Origin: an uncultured bacterium
GTDB lineage: Bacteria; Patescibacteriota; Saccharimonadia; Saccharimonadales; UBA4665
Length of the DNA: 64,000 bases
Reading direction: 5' to 3'
Assembly: GCA_963721475.1 (NCBI GenBank)
Contig: CAVRJI010000002.1
Location: forward strand, 593,451-657,450
Positions within the stretch are counted from its first letter, which is position 1; every line of letters starts with the position of its first letter. This document shows, in pieces, positions 36,955 to 45,537 of this stretch. The notes below the pieces were generated by a model. The model did no database searches, was not told where the DNA came from, and saw nothing but the letters and a program-made list of their open reading frames with translations. A program made the position numbers and the translations under genes.

Positions 36955-37659
36955 ATGTCCGAATACCAAAGCCCCCACACCGAACAACATAAATCTCACC
37001 GTGCCCCCTGGCTACGCGCCGCCGTTCTGGGTGTCAACGATGGCATTGTTTCAACGGCCAGCTTGATGCTCGGTGTCTTGGCAGCAACCCAAGATGACAG
37101 AGCTATCTTGACTGCGGGTATCGCAGGCTTGGTCGCTGGTGCTCTCTCTATGGGGACCGGCGAATATGTATCGGTAAGCTCTCAGCGTGATTCAGAGCGC
37201 GCAGACATCGCTATTGAACGTAAATCTATCCAGGATAATCCAGACGAGGAGCTTGCAGAGCTGGCCTGGATTTATGAGCAGCGTGGCCTTGAGCCAAAGC
37301 TTGCTCGCCAAGTTGCACAGCAACTGCACAACCACGACGCCGTTGGCGCGCATGCCCGAGATGAACTCGGCATCGACCACGAAGACTTATCCAATCCTGT
37401 GCAGGCAGCGCTTGCTTCTGCGCTCGCGTTCTCGCTTGGGGCAGGTATTCCAATCGTGGCCGCTTTAGCCGCAACGAGCAACGGTGGCTGGGCGATCACG
37501 CTTTCGTCGCTTGTCGGCTTGGCGGTGTCTGGCGCGGTCGGTGCATTTTTGGGTGGTGGGCACCGTTTGCTTGCGGCTTTGCGTGTCTTTGTCGGCGGTG
37601 GTGCGGCCATGGCCATCACCTATTATATTGGTCACCTTGTCGGCGGTGCTAGCTTTTAG
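36955..37659 (+). CDS. VIT1/CCC1-family iron/manganese transporter
   Basis: 234 aa with the signature LRAAVLGVNDGIVSTASLMLGV, a central acidic helical domain and C-terminal TM helices. Confidence 0.85.
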   Translation: MSEYQSPHTEQHKSHRAPWLRAAVLGVNDGIVSTASLMLGVLAATQDDRAILTAGIAGLVAGALSMGTGEYVSVSSQRDSERADIAIERKSIQDNPDEELAELAWIYEQRGLEPKLARQVAQQLHNHDAVGAHARDELGIDHEDLSNPVQAALASALAFSLGAGIPIVAALAATSNGGWAITLSSLVGLAVSGAVGAFLGGGHRLLAALRVFVGGGAAMAITYYIGHLVGGASF

Positions 37660-37745
37660 CCAGTATAATTTTGATATAGTTAAACGTAAACCTGCAGCCC
37701 ATTTTTGCGAGCAGGGTCAGAATGTTGAAATGACCAGGAGTATAC

Positions 37746-38603
37746 ATGCTGGAGAGGACGCTCTGTATACAAGACCAGCCGCTTTATTTAGCGGAGGATC
37801 TTTGCCTCCCTTGCGTTAGTAATGAAGCTGACTGGGTGTCGCATTCCCGCAAGGCTATGGCCTGGCGTAAGCTTGAGGCCGCAATGGCAATCCCGGAAAA
37901 TGCCCAGCCTCTTTTTTGCCAGGCTCAGCAAGACTTGGACGACTATTTGCAGGGAACGGATGCAACCCCAACGCTTTATCCTGCAAAAGTCATCGAGGCT
38001 TTTTTGCCCGCCTTTAACGACCGCATGCACAAACGGCCAGTTAGTGATGCAAGCCGCCAGTTGGTCTGCGCGGGGCTTGGCCACGTTATGCGGATGCTGC
38101 TGCAAGAGGACGAAGCGGATATTAAGGGCTCATTGCCCGAGGTGCTGACGATGTATTTATCTGCACGGGACGGTCCTGACGCTTTTTTATTCCCGGGTTC
38201 ACTACGCGAAGAGAGCAGCGGGGGTCCGGCTCAGCGCCTTAATCATGACTCATATAAACTAACCTTTGACGATGGCGGTTTGCCGCTCAAAGTTCCACTC
38301 CAGATTAAAAGAGGCAGAAATAGTGGCATACACTATGACATACCAGTCATACCAATTGCCGAAGCGTTGCAGCCGGTGACCAGGCGTCTGGGCGGCGACT
38401 CATTAAAGATCGCTGAGCTGATTATTCTGGAAGCAGAAGGTGACGCCAATGCCACCCAAAGCTGTGTGTTGGATTTCGCGAGCTATTGCTTACTCCAGAC
38501 AATTGACGAAAAAGTTCAAGAGCGGCAGCCATTGCTCCGCACCTACAAGATGGATCACAGCCAAATGAATACGCCCCCATCGTCGGCTTATTTGATATAC
38601 TAG
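37746..38603 (+). CDS. hypothetical protein (orphan)
   Basis: 285-aa uninterrupted ORF ending 6 nt before the EEP-family gene. Confidence 0.55.
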   Translation: MLERTLCIQDQPLYLAEDLCLPCVSNEADWVSHSRKAMAWRKLEAAMAIPENAQPLFCQAQQDLDDYLQGTDATPTLYPAKVIEAFLPAFNDRMHKRPVSDASRQLVCAGLGHVMRMLLQEDEADIKGSLPEVLTMYLSARDGPDAFLFPGSLREESSGGPAQRLNHDSYKLTFDDGGLPLKVPLQIKRGRNSGIHYDIPVIPIAEALQPVTRRLGGDSLKIAELIILEAEGDANATQSCVLDFASYCLLQTIDEKVQERQPLLRTYKMDHSQMNTPPSSAYLIY

Positions 38604-38609
38604 ACCGAT

Positions 38610-39428
38610 ATGAAAGACAGATATACCGTTGGATTTTTAAATGCTGGACGTGGTTTAAGCCATCCAGCCAAGCACGAACAGATTGCTGAAGGCCTGCAAC
38701 GTATGAACGCTGATGTCGTGGTTGTTGGTGAATCCTTCGACAAGACTGGTTTACCATACGATGAAGCGTTTGCGATCAAGCTGGGCTATGAACGATTTAC
38801 GACCGAATATAATGATCAGGATCTCCACCCAAGCGGAGAACAATACATTACCATGCTGCATCGCATTGAAGGTGTCGCCCCAACCGTCCTACGATTGGCA
38901 ACACGCAATGCAGTAGAGATAACAATGCCCTTTAACAATGGCAAAAATGTACGATATATTGGGAGTCACTTTGACGACCGGAGTTCGATTCGCCGGGGGG
39001 TAATGGCCCGTGCTTTACGTAATAGCCTCGACCTGCCACCCTTCTCGACACGGCCACGAGCCACCCCTGATGCTGTAGCGCTCGGTTGCGATGGCAATGA
39101 TATGCACCCCGAAGATCGGTTGGCACGCATCGCACGCAGCAGTCCAGCCAAGATGGCGGCCCGGCTGATACCCCACGCGCGTGCTCGAAGTCTAGCAACC
39201 CGCTTTACGGGCATGGCCGAAGGATCAGGGCTCCAAGAGCTAACGCACGACAAGCGTCTGGTCGATGTGGACCCGAAACACCAACCCACTATGCTTTTGG
39301 GCGGATTTGCTATCGCGCAGCTTGATCGCATTATGACAACTCCTGGCGACCTCAAAGTGAGTGATTTTACCGTTCACCCACCTATGGGTTCCGACCACTT
39401 GGGTATATCAGCGGTCATTCACTTCTAG
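38610..39428 (+). CDS. endonuclease/exonuclease/phosphatase (EEP) family protein
   Basis: 272 aa with an N-terminal strand plus catalytic Glu region (ADVVVVGES) and the C-terminal SDHLGISAVIHF motif characteristic of the EEP fold. Confidence 0.7.
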   Translation: MKDRYTVGFLNAGRGLSHPAKHEQIAEGLQRMNADVVVVGESFDKTGLPYDEAFAIKLGYERFTTEYNDQDLHPSGEQYITMLHRIEGVAPTVLRLATRNAVEITMPFNNGKNVRYIGSHFDDRSSIRRGVMARALRNSLDLPPFSTRPRATPDAVALGCDGNDMHPEDRLARIARSSPAKMAARLIPHARARSLATRFTGMAEGSGLQELTHDKRLVDVDPKHQPTMLLGGFAIAQLDRIMTTPGDLKVSDFTVHPPMGSDHLGISAVIHF

Positions 39429-39471
39429 TCATCAAGCCTGTGGAAAGATCACAGATATTTTGTTGTAAAAA

Positions 39472-39500
39472 AATGTTGCTTAAGCTCTGCTAATGTTGCT
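39472..39500 (+). repeat. direct repeat AATGTTGCT x2 spaced 20 bp, upstream of a promoter
   Basis: Exact 9-mers at 39472-39480 and 39492-39500, 30 bp upstream of the -35 box at 39530. Confidence 0.6.
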
Positions 39501-39529
39501 ATTATTGGAGTAGTGGTAGAGACGCTCCA

Positions 39530-39557
39530 TTGACAAAACATAAGAATTATGTATAAT
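39530..39557 (+). promoter_or_regulatory. consensus sigma70 promoter (TTGACA-16-TATAAT)
   Basis: Perfect -35 at 39530-39535 and perfect -10 at 39552-39557 in a 420-bp gene-free gap. Confidence 0.7.
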
Positions 39558-39637
39558 AATGGATGTTAGCAATCACAAACAAAAACCTTACAAAACATAA
39601 AAGCACAAAGTCATAAAAACAAAAAGGGGCACCAACT

Positions 39638-39733
39638 ATGACGGTTAATACAAAGATGGGTTTGCCATTTGAAGTCTCACAAACAGACAACAAAGACATT
39701 CGCAAGATAGATGCACTACTTGGTAACATCTGA
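39638..39733 (+). CDS. possible 31-aa small protein (or coding part of an sRNA)
   Basis: MTVNTKMGLPFEVSQTDNKDIRKIDALLGNI. AAAGGGG lies 8 nt upstream of the ATG, after a ~75-nt C/A-rich leader. Followed by a terminator. Confidence 0.35.
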   Translation: MTVNTKMGLPFEVSQTDNKDIRKIDALLGNI

Positions 39734-39782
39734 CTTGCTGATAGCACAACCCGAGCATAAAACTGCTCGTAAGATATATAAA

Positions 39783-39821
39783 TAGTCCGGTACTTTCACG
39801 CGCCGGACTATTTTATTTTTT
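39783..39821. terminator. intrinsic terminator
   Basis: Stem tagtccgg/ccggacta followed by TTTTATTTTTT. Confidence 0.75.
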
Positions 39822-39847
39822 AGCAACAGATAGGTAGGAGTCGACTG

Positions 39848-40153
39848 CTATTCGCGCCGTTCTTCCTCGTGCTCAAGCTCAACCAATGATGCTCGCCTAT
39901 GAGGGAGTTCTTCCTGAACGCCTATGCCTGCGGCGTGTGCGAGGCCTTCGTCGTATGCTTCGTGACTATCGACCCCATCATCCGTGGTGGGATAGTCGAC
40001 GGGAATAGAAGGTGATGGCACGTCATCGGCAGGTGCCGATGGTACGTCATTGTCTTCAGGCAGTCGCTCTTCATCATTTTGCGGACTAAAAATGTCATCG
40101 CTTGGCTGCAATGGATCGGGTGTTGATGTGTTATCTTGTGGATTCATAAGCAC
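39848..40153 (-). CDS. small highly acidic, proline-rich protein
   Basis: 101 aa, D/E/P-rich and probably disordered, downstream of the 40236-40955 ORF on the same strand. Confidence 0.5.
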   Translation of the reverse strand: MLMNPQDNTSTPDPLQPSDDIFSPQNDEERLPEDNDVPSAPADDVPSPSIPVDYPTTDDGVDSHEAYDEGLAHAAGIGVQEELPHRRASLVELEHEEERRE

Positions 40154-40235
40154 TCCTTGTTATGTTCTCTCGTTACTTTGCGTAGTATAGGGCTGTCGTT
40201 GGCCGCAAGGTAGGAGATATCTTACAGTTAGCAGG

Positions 40236-40955
40236 TTAAGCATCCAACGCCTGGAGGTATTCGGAGGGCAAGGGGCTTTGTGCGCGCTCGAAACCGATGT
40301 GAAGCGCCCGCCAAAAGACAGCGACATCGAGCTGTAGGCACGCCGTATTGTAGTATTTAATATCCGCTTCCATGCAGGCAAGATGATACTCAAGTGTATT
40401 GGGCTTGTACTTGTCGTCAATATTGCAGGTGGTGCTCCAGAGCCCTGGTAGCATTTTGGGGTTTACCTCACGCCAGGCCCTAAAGATTGCCCGAGCCTCA
40501 GGGAGCGGCCGTGTCATATCGTCAATAATCTCAACCTGTCGATGCATTTGGGGCCGCGGACCAACTCCTGCCTGCGTGCCAGGCTGATCCGGGTTCAGGC
40601 TGACGTTAGATATTTCCATGAGGCTATCTAGCCCCAGGTGACGCAGAATTTTGGCGGCAACAAGAGGCGTAGCCTCGTCTTTGTCGTGCTCTAGGGGTAC
40701 ATCGCAGGAGATCATAGTTTGTACGTGCTCCGTAAGAATGGAAGCATCACCAAAGCCCATGCGCTTTTGCTCAACAAGCCCATATCCGTAAAAGCTCATG
40801 CTCTTGAGTGCGAGGCCGGTAAGTACTCGCGCGGGCTCCTGAACAAGTGCAGCGATTGCTGCATTGAGATAATGTTTTTCGTAGGAGTTATGATAATCAG
40901 GCCCTACGGGGCCACAGATGGTATTTTTAGTCACAGGCACTAGTATGGCGGGCAC
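40236..40955 (-). CDS. hypothetical protein (orphan)
   Basis: 239-aa uninterrupted ORF with no recognised motif. Confidence 0.55.
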   Translation of the reverse strand: MPAILVPVTKNTICGPVGPDYHNSYEKHYLNAAIAALVQEPARVLTGLALKSMSFYGYGLVEQKRMGFGDASILTEHVQTMISCDVPLEHDKDEATPLVAAKILRHLGLDSLMEISNVSLNPDQPGTQAGVGPRPQMHRQVEIIDDMTRPLPEARAIFRAWREVNPKMLPGLWSTTCNIDDKYKPNTLEYHLACMEADIKYYNTACLQLDVAVFWRALHIGFERAQSPLPSEYLQALDA

Positions 40956-41059
40956 GGCATATGATGTGTGTAATAAATGTCACTGTCATCAGGGGTGGAT
41001 ATGTGTAAAGATAGAGAGCCTCATTGCAGTGCTAAAGGCAGAAGTCTACAATAACGGTA

Positions 41060-41653
41060 ATGATTGGCGTGCCTCGAATTTCTACGCTGCTGTCTGGAGT
41101 ATGTATTGCGGCTGGCCTCTATGTATTGCTGCTTGCAACGAGTCCGGCTCTTCAGGACATGTCACCGCGTAAAACATGGAACGTGCCCGTGGCTCACCAG
41201 CCCGAAGCAGTCTTAGCCGAAGACCGGCTCTATATCCCCAAAATGCATCTGAACGTTACGTATAAGGCTGGTGATAAGAGTGTTTTGAACGATAATGCCT
41301 GGTGGCGACACCCAGACCGAGGCAACCCCGAACGGGGCGGAAACTTTATTGTGGCGGCGCATCGTTTCGAGATGGGGTTCACGCCTGGTGAGACACGATA
41401 TAAATCGCCGTTCTATCATCTTGACTCGCTGACCATCGGTGACAAGATATACGTTGACTACAACGGCGTACGCTACATGTACGAAGTATATGATCGCCAC
41501 AAGGTAAAACCCAATGACGTGGCAATCGAAGATGCTACGATGGATGCGCGTATGACATTGTACAGCTGCACATTTCGCGGTTCGGCTGATGGGCGCGAGG
41601 TGGTCTTTGCACGTTTAGCGGCGCAGGACGTAGACCCTACGATTCAGTTCTAG
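41060..41653 (+). CDS. sortase-family transpeptidase
   Basis: 197 aa with an N-terminal TM anchor, the catalytic His region GNFIVAAHR, the Cys motif TLYSCT and a downstream Arg (VVFARL). Confidence 0.8.
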   Translation: MIGVPRISTLLSGVCIAAGLYVLLLATSPALQDMSPRKTWNVPVAHQPEAVLAEDRLYIPKMHLNVTYKAGDKSVLNDNAWWRHPDRGNPERGGNFIVAAHRFEMGFTPGETRYKSPFYHLDSLTIGDKIYVDYNGVRYMYEVYDRHKVKPNDVAIEDATMDARMTLYSCTFRGSADGREVVFARLAAQDVDPTIQF

Positions 41654-42513
41654 GATCGTTTCCTGGCTGCGGCCTTTTTCGTGGGAGCCTTTTTAACTGT
41701 TGCTTTCTTTGCTGTTGTCTTTTTGGCCGCCGATGGAGCTCCGCTCAATGCCGCAGCCTTTTTAGCCGCAGTTTTGCCGAGGTTTCGGACAACGGTCAGA
41801 CCATCAAATTTCGAACCCTCAGAGCCTTGCGGGTTGGGTGTACTATGCTCGTCTTCGACTGCCTCTGCTGCCCTGGTGGTTTTGGCCTGGGATACTTCAA
41901 TGCGTTCCTGATCGTAGCGCGCACGGTAGGGGTCGTACAAGACCTCCTCGTAATCAAGCGTAGTGCCGACATTAATCAGTTCTGGCCGACCTTTGTCGCC
42001 GAAGATTGCGGAGGAAAGTGTCACGAATTTAATCGGGCTGATCTCGCCAGTACTCTCGGCGGTAAAAAGACCGCTGCCCAGCAATACGACACCACCAATG
42101 TGATAGCTTGGCCATCTGGGGGGTTTATCTTGGGCAAGGGTTAGGCGCGATATGGCGCTTTCTGGCACCTGATCGGGGCTAATTGCTTCAATGCCAACTC
42201 GAGTAATAAGCCCTCTGCCGCTCATTCGCAAATAATCACTGGCAATCCGTTGATTGTCCCTTGGCGTCTGTACGCGTAACCGGCTCACCGTATCAGCTCC
42301 AAACGGGTCAAGATACACGTCAAGAGTTCTGGTCAGGTCTTGGTAGGCGTCGTCCATCTCTTGTGTCACGCGCCTATCGGTATACTCAAATGGCGCAAGG
42401 TGATGCCCGGGTTTCATGAGATTTCGACGCTGCCCGTCAAGCAGTTCGGGCATCTGCTGAATATCAAGATTTGCCGCTTGCACTCGATAAAAAAGTCCGC
42501 CCTCGACGCTCAT
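41650..42513 (-). CDS. hypothetical protein with histone-H1-like Lys/Ala-rich C-terminal tail
   Basis: Start chosen at MSVEGG, 6 nt after GGAGG. The last ~45 aa read KTAAKKAAALSGAPSAAKKTTAKKATVKKAPTKKAAARKRS. Confidence 0.65.
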   Translation of the reverse strand: MSVEGGLFYRVQAANLDIQQMPELLDGQRRNLMKPGHHLAPFEYTDRRVTQEMDDAYQDLTRTLDVYLDPFGADTVSRLRVQTPRDNQRIASDYLRMSGRGLITRVGIEAISPDQVPESAISRLTLAQDKPPRWPSYHIGGVVLLGSGLFTAESTGEISPIKFVTLSSAIFGDKGRPELINVGTTLDYEEVLYDPYRARYDQERIEVSQAKTTRAAEAVEDEHSTPNPQGSEGSKFDGLTVVRNLGKTAAKKAAALSGAPSAAKKTTAKKATVKKAPTKKAAARKRS

Positions 42514-42595
42514 TCGAAACCTCCAAATTATGTTTTTATGATAACAGGCAGACGCTGGCCTAAGCAAAATTACTCAAGCCAGGTATACTAGGGGC

Positions 42596-43795
42596 GTGCC
42601 GATATATAGACCAAGTATTGTGGGGCGCCGACTCGTGCCTTTATACGCAGCTGCTTTCCTGCAGAGTTTTGTGCTGTGGTATGTTATCGAGAAACTTTTT
42701 ATGCGAAGCATTGGCTTCACTGATGCAACAATTGGTATTATGGCAGCGGTTTATTCGGGTGTCATGCTGCTCGCAGAAACCCCATCCGGTATTTTGGCCG
42801 ACCGGTGGAGCCGCAAGGGTGTCTTGATCCTCGGAAGTGTAGCCCTGGCCATCAGTGCCTGGGTGTGTGGCGTGAGTAGCGGCGTATTTGTATATATTGT
42901 TGGTGCCATGTGCTGGGGCGTGTTTTATGCACTATATTCAGGGACGTATGACTCAGTTATTTACGACACCTTGATCGAAGAACGTGGCAGCGCAGACGAC
43001 TTCCACAAATATTATGGCAGAGTACGCATCGCGGAAAGCCTTGCCCTCGTGGCTAGCTCGCTGCTGGGGGGCTTACTTGGCGACATGCTCGATTTGCGGG
43101 CGGCTTTCTATTGGACGGTCCCATTTTCACTGCTATCTATTGTGCCACTGCTTATTTTCCGTGAACCGCGCCTCCACAAGGCTGAGACAGAAACACCCGT
43201 CAGCCAGCATGTCCGTGGCACCTTTCGGGCAGTTCTGCAAAAAGGAGCGCTCAAGCAAATTTTGCTGGCTGTTGTCGGTGCGGCTGTGGCTACAGATATA
43301 CTTCTCGAATTTACCCAACTTTGGTATATCGCTATCGCCATGCCAATCGCTTTGTATGGTATGGCGAACGCCTTTTTGCTTGCCGCGCCAGGGTTCGCTG
43401 GAGTGCTGGCAAAATGGCTGAACAGTCGACAGCGTATTGATATAACGCTTGCGGTGGGATTTGTGGCGAGCCTTGGCCTTCTGCACTTTAAGCATTCTTG
43501 GCAAATTATGATTTTGCAGACGGTTCTTTGCTTGAGCCTTTCATGTATGAGTATTGCGCTCAACAAGCGAATGCATGACGAGCTGCCCTCAAAGGTTCGT
43601 GCCGGTGCGGCATCCGCGATTAGTACGCTGGGCCGACTCCTCTTTATCCCATTGGCAGCCTTATTTGGGTACGTCAGTAATCGCTGGAGTATTTTTATGG
43701 CCGGTTGGATTATCGCTGGAGTATTTATGCTAATGGTCGTTTATAGCGTTCGAGTATTTGGCCGCTCACAGCCCACTCCGGAAATTACAACATAG
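42596..43795 (+). CDS. MFS transporter
   Basis: 399 aa with ~12 TM helices and the MFS loop motif GILADRWSRKG. GTG start 6 nt after TATACT. Confidence 0.85.
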   Translation: MPIYRPSIVGRRLVPLYAAAFLQSFVLWYVIEKLFMRSIGFTDATIGIMAAVYSGVMLLAETPSGILADRWSRKGVLILGSVALAISAWVCGVSSGVFVYIVGAMCWGVFYALYSGTYDSVIYDTLIEERGSADDFHKYYGRVRIAESLALVASSLLGGLLGDMLDLRAAFYWTVPFSLLSIVPLLIFREPRLHKAETETPVSQHVRGTFRAVLQKGALKQILLAVVGAAVATDILLEFTQLWYIAIAMPIALYGMANAFLLAAPGFAGVLAKWLNSRQRIDITLAVGFVASLGLLHFKHSWQIMILQTVLCLSLSCMSIALNKRMHDELPSKVRAGAASAISTLGRLLFIPLAALFGYVSNRWSIFMAGWIIAGVFMLMVVYSVRVFGRSQPTPEITT

Positions 43796-43876
43796 GAATC
43801 CGTTGTTGCCCCTTTTGTATTGCAAGAGTATTTGGCATAATACCAAGCTTAAGCAGTAAAACAGAAGGGACAGAGT

Positions 43877-44338
43877 ATGGAAAAAGCAGGTAAAACGCCG
43901 TCAATTGTTCGCTATGGCCTACCTTTAGCTACCGGGGTGATACTTCTTGCTGCATGTTCAGAGTCTGGTAAGCCCCGTGCAGAATCGCCTGAATTGCCCG
44001 TAGCGCCGAGCGCCTCCGCGGTGTTGCCTCCAGCAGGTGCGGGCGGTGTAGAGTTGCCTAGTTTGCAATTTGCCGGGCATGGAAATGAACTCTTGGCATA
44101 TCCCGGTACCTCTAATTCCGCTGAAGATCTGACGCCCAACGGCCAATTTAGCCCCGGCGAAACTGTACCAGTTGAGTGCAGAACGACGGGACGCGAAGTG
44201 GACGGGTCAGCGACCAATACAGATCCTCGGACGGCAATATGGTACCGCGTCATGGGTACTCCTGGCCTAACACAGTATGTTATCGGTGCGCACGTAGAGA
44301 TGACTTCCCCCAAGGGAGAGCCTATCCCTAGCTGCTAG
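43877..44338 (+). CDS. putative lipoprotein
   Basis: 153 aa with a signal peptide and lipobox (VILLAACSE). GAAGGGA lies upstream of the ATG. Confidence 0.6.
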   Translation: MEKAGKTPSIVRYGLPLATGVILLAACSESGKPRAESPELPVAPSASAVLPPAGAGGVELPSLQFAGHGNELLAYPGTSNSAEDLTPNGQFSPGETVPVECRTTGREVDGSATNTDPRTAIWYRVMGTPGLTQYVIGAHVEMTSPKGEPIPSC

Positions 44339-44354
44339 GCTAAAAAAGATTTGC

Positions 44355-44380
44355 AAATAGAGGCAACTGCCTCTATTTTT
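44355..44380 (+). terminator. intrinsic terminator
   Basis: Stem atagaggc/gcctctat with a 4-nt loop, followed by TTTT. Confidence 0.7.
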
Positions 44381-44447
44381 AGTATGCCCAGAAATATGAG
44401 GATAAGGGTAGCTTAATAATAATATTTATGGTATAATATTTTAAATT

Positions 44448-44813
44448 ATGGAATACTCTAGTGCGCCAGTATTTGGACTGCAGCATGACCTGGATAATCA
44501 GTATTTTCTGACGAATCCGGTAACAACCGAACATCTCGGTGGTATCGCTATCATGACGTTTGGTGCTGACTATGTCGAGATTAATACCGCCCCAATGCAG
44601 CTTTGGGTCTCTCGCAGTGTAGTCGAGTGGCTTGGGAGTGACGAAGGATCATCGCAAAGGGGCGACATCGCCAAGGGTGCCCGCTTTCTACAGGAATATT
44701 TTGCATTGTTGCCTGACCATGATGCTATTCGCGAGGTTGCCCATACCGACGGCACAATCGTAGGTTATTCCGACGGTGCCCGCTTCCACGGCAATAAAAA
44801 ACTTTCAGCCTAG
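44448..44813 (+). CDS. hypothetical protein
   Basis: 121-aa ORF with TGgTATAAT 10 nt upstream of the ATG. Confidence 0.5.
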   Translation: MEYSSAPVFGLQHDLDNQYFLTNPVTTEHLGGIAIMTFGADYVEINTAPMQLWVSRSVVEWLGSDEGSSQRGDIAKGARFLQEYFALLPDHDAIREVAHTDGTIVGYSDGARFHGNKKLSA

Positions 44814-44853
44814 GCTGCAAAGATTCCATCGTTAATGGGTGCTGTTGCGCTTG

Positions 44854-45432
44854 CTATGTCTTTAGGTATTGCTTAAGCTTCTGAGTAAACCGCTGCATGT
44901 GGGGGTCAAAGATTGCTGGGTGTGAATCGAGGATTTCATCAAAGGTGAACCAGTTCATATCAGTAAACTCCGAACGATCAAAGTCGAGCTTCCTATGAAT
45001 ATCTCCAAGGAGTAAGTACCACAGGCTGACATCGGTGTGTCCTGCGGTCAGGCCAACTGTTTGGGTGACAGTGACAAAAAACGGCCTATCATTATTTTTG
45101 AGGAATCGGGCGTCTAGGTTTACCTCTTCTTTTGCTTCACGAATAACAGTATCTCTAGGATGTTCGTTGAGCTCTACGTGGCCACCAGAAGGGAGCCAAA
45201 GCTGCGCTTTGATGTGATCGCCCAGGAGGAGGCTGCCATGTAATGGATCAATAATCACAAAATAAGCTACTAAATGCTTTGGCGGCTTGTCGGGTTTGAC
45301 GATGCGGAATATGTTGGCGCCGCTATCGAGCCATTGAAGCGTGTCGGTAATATGGTCTTGTTCAAGGCTGTCATATGGATGAACGTCTGTGACCTCGTGT
45401 CGAATGACCTGTTTTATGTCTGCTGTTTTCAC
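44854..45432 (-). CDS. NUDIX hydrolase
   Basis: 192 aa with the Nudix box GGHVELNEHPRDTVIREAKEEVN. Confidence 0.8.
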   Translation of the reverse strand: MKTADIKQVIRHEVTDVHPYDSLEQDHITDTLQWLDSGANIFRIVKPDKPPKHLVAYFVIIDPLHGSLLLGDHIKAQLWLPSGGHVELNEHPRDTVIREAKEEVNLDARFLKNNDRPFFVTVTQTVGLTAGHTDVSLWYLLLGDIHRKLDFDRSEFTDMNWFTFDEILDSHPAIFDPHMQRFTQKLKQYLKT

Positions 45433-45537
45433 GTGCTCTCCTTACGACGTAGCCTACGAGCAACAATCAAAAGGAGCAAGACCATTTTTTACAACATCTG
45501 GCGCTTAAGGTACGAGGCAAGTGATATTGGTGCTAGC

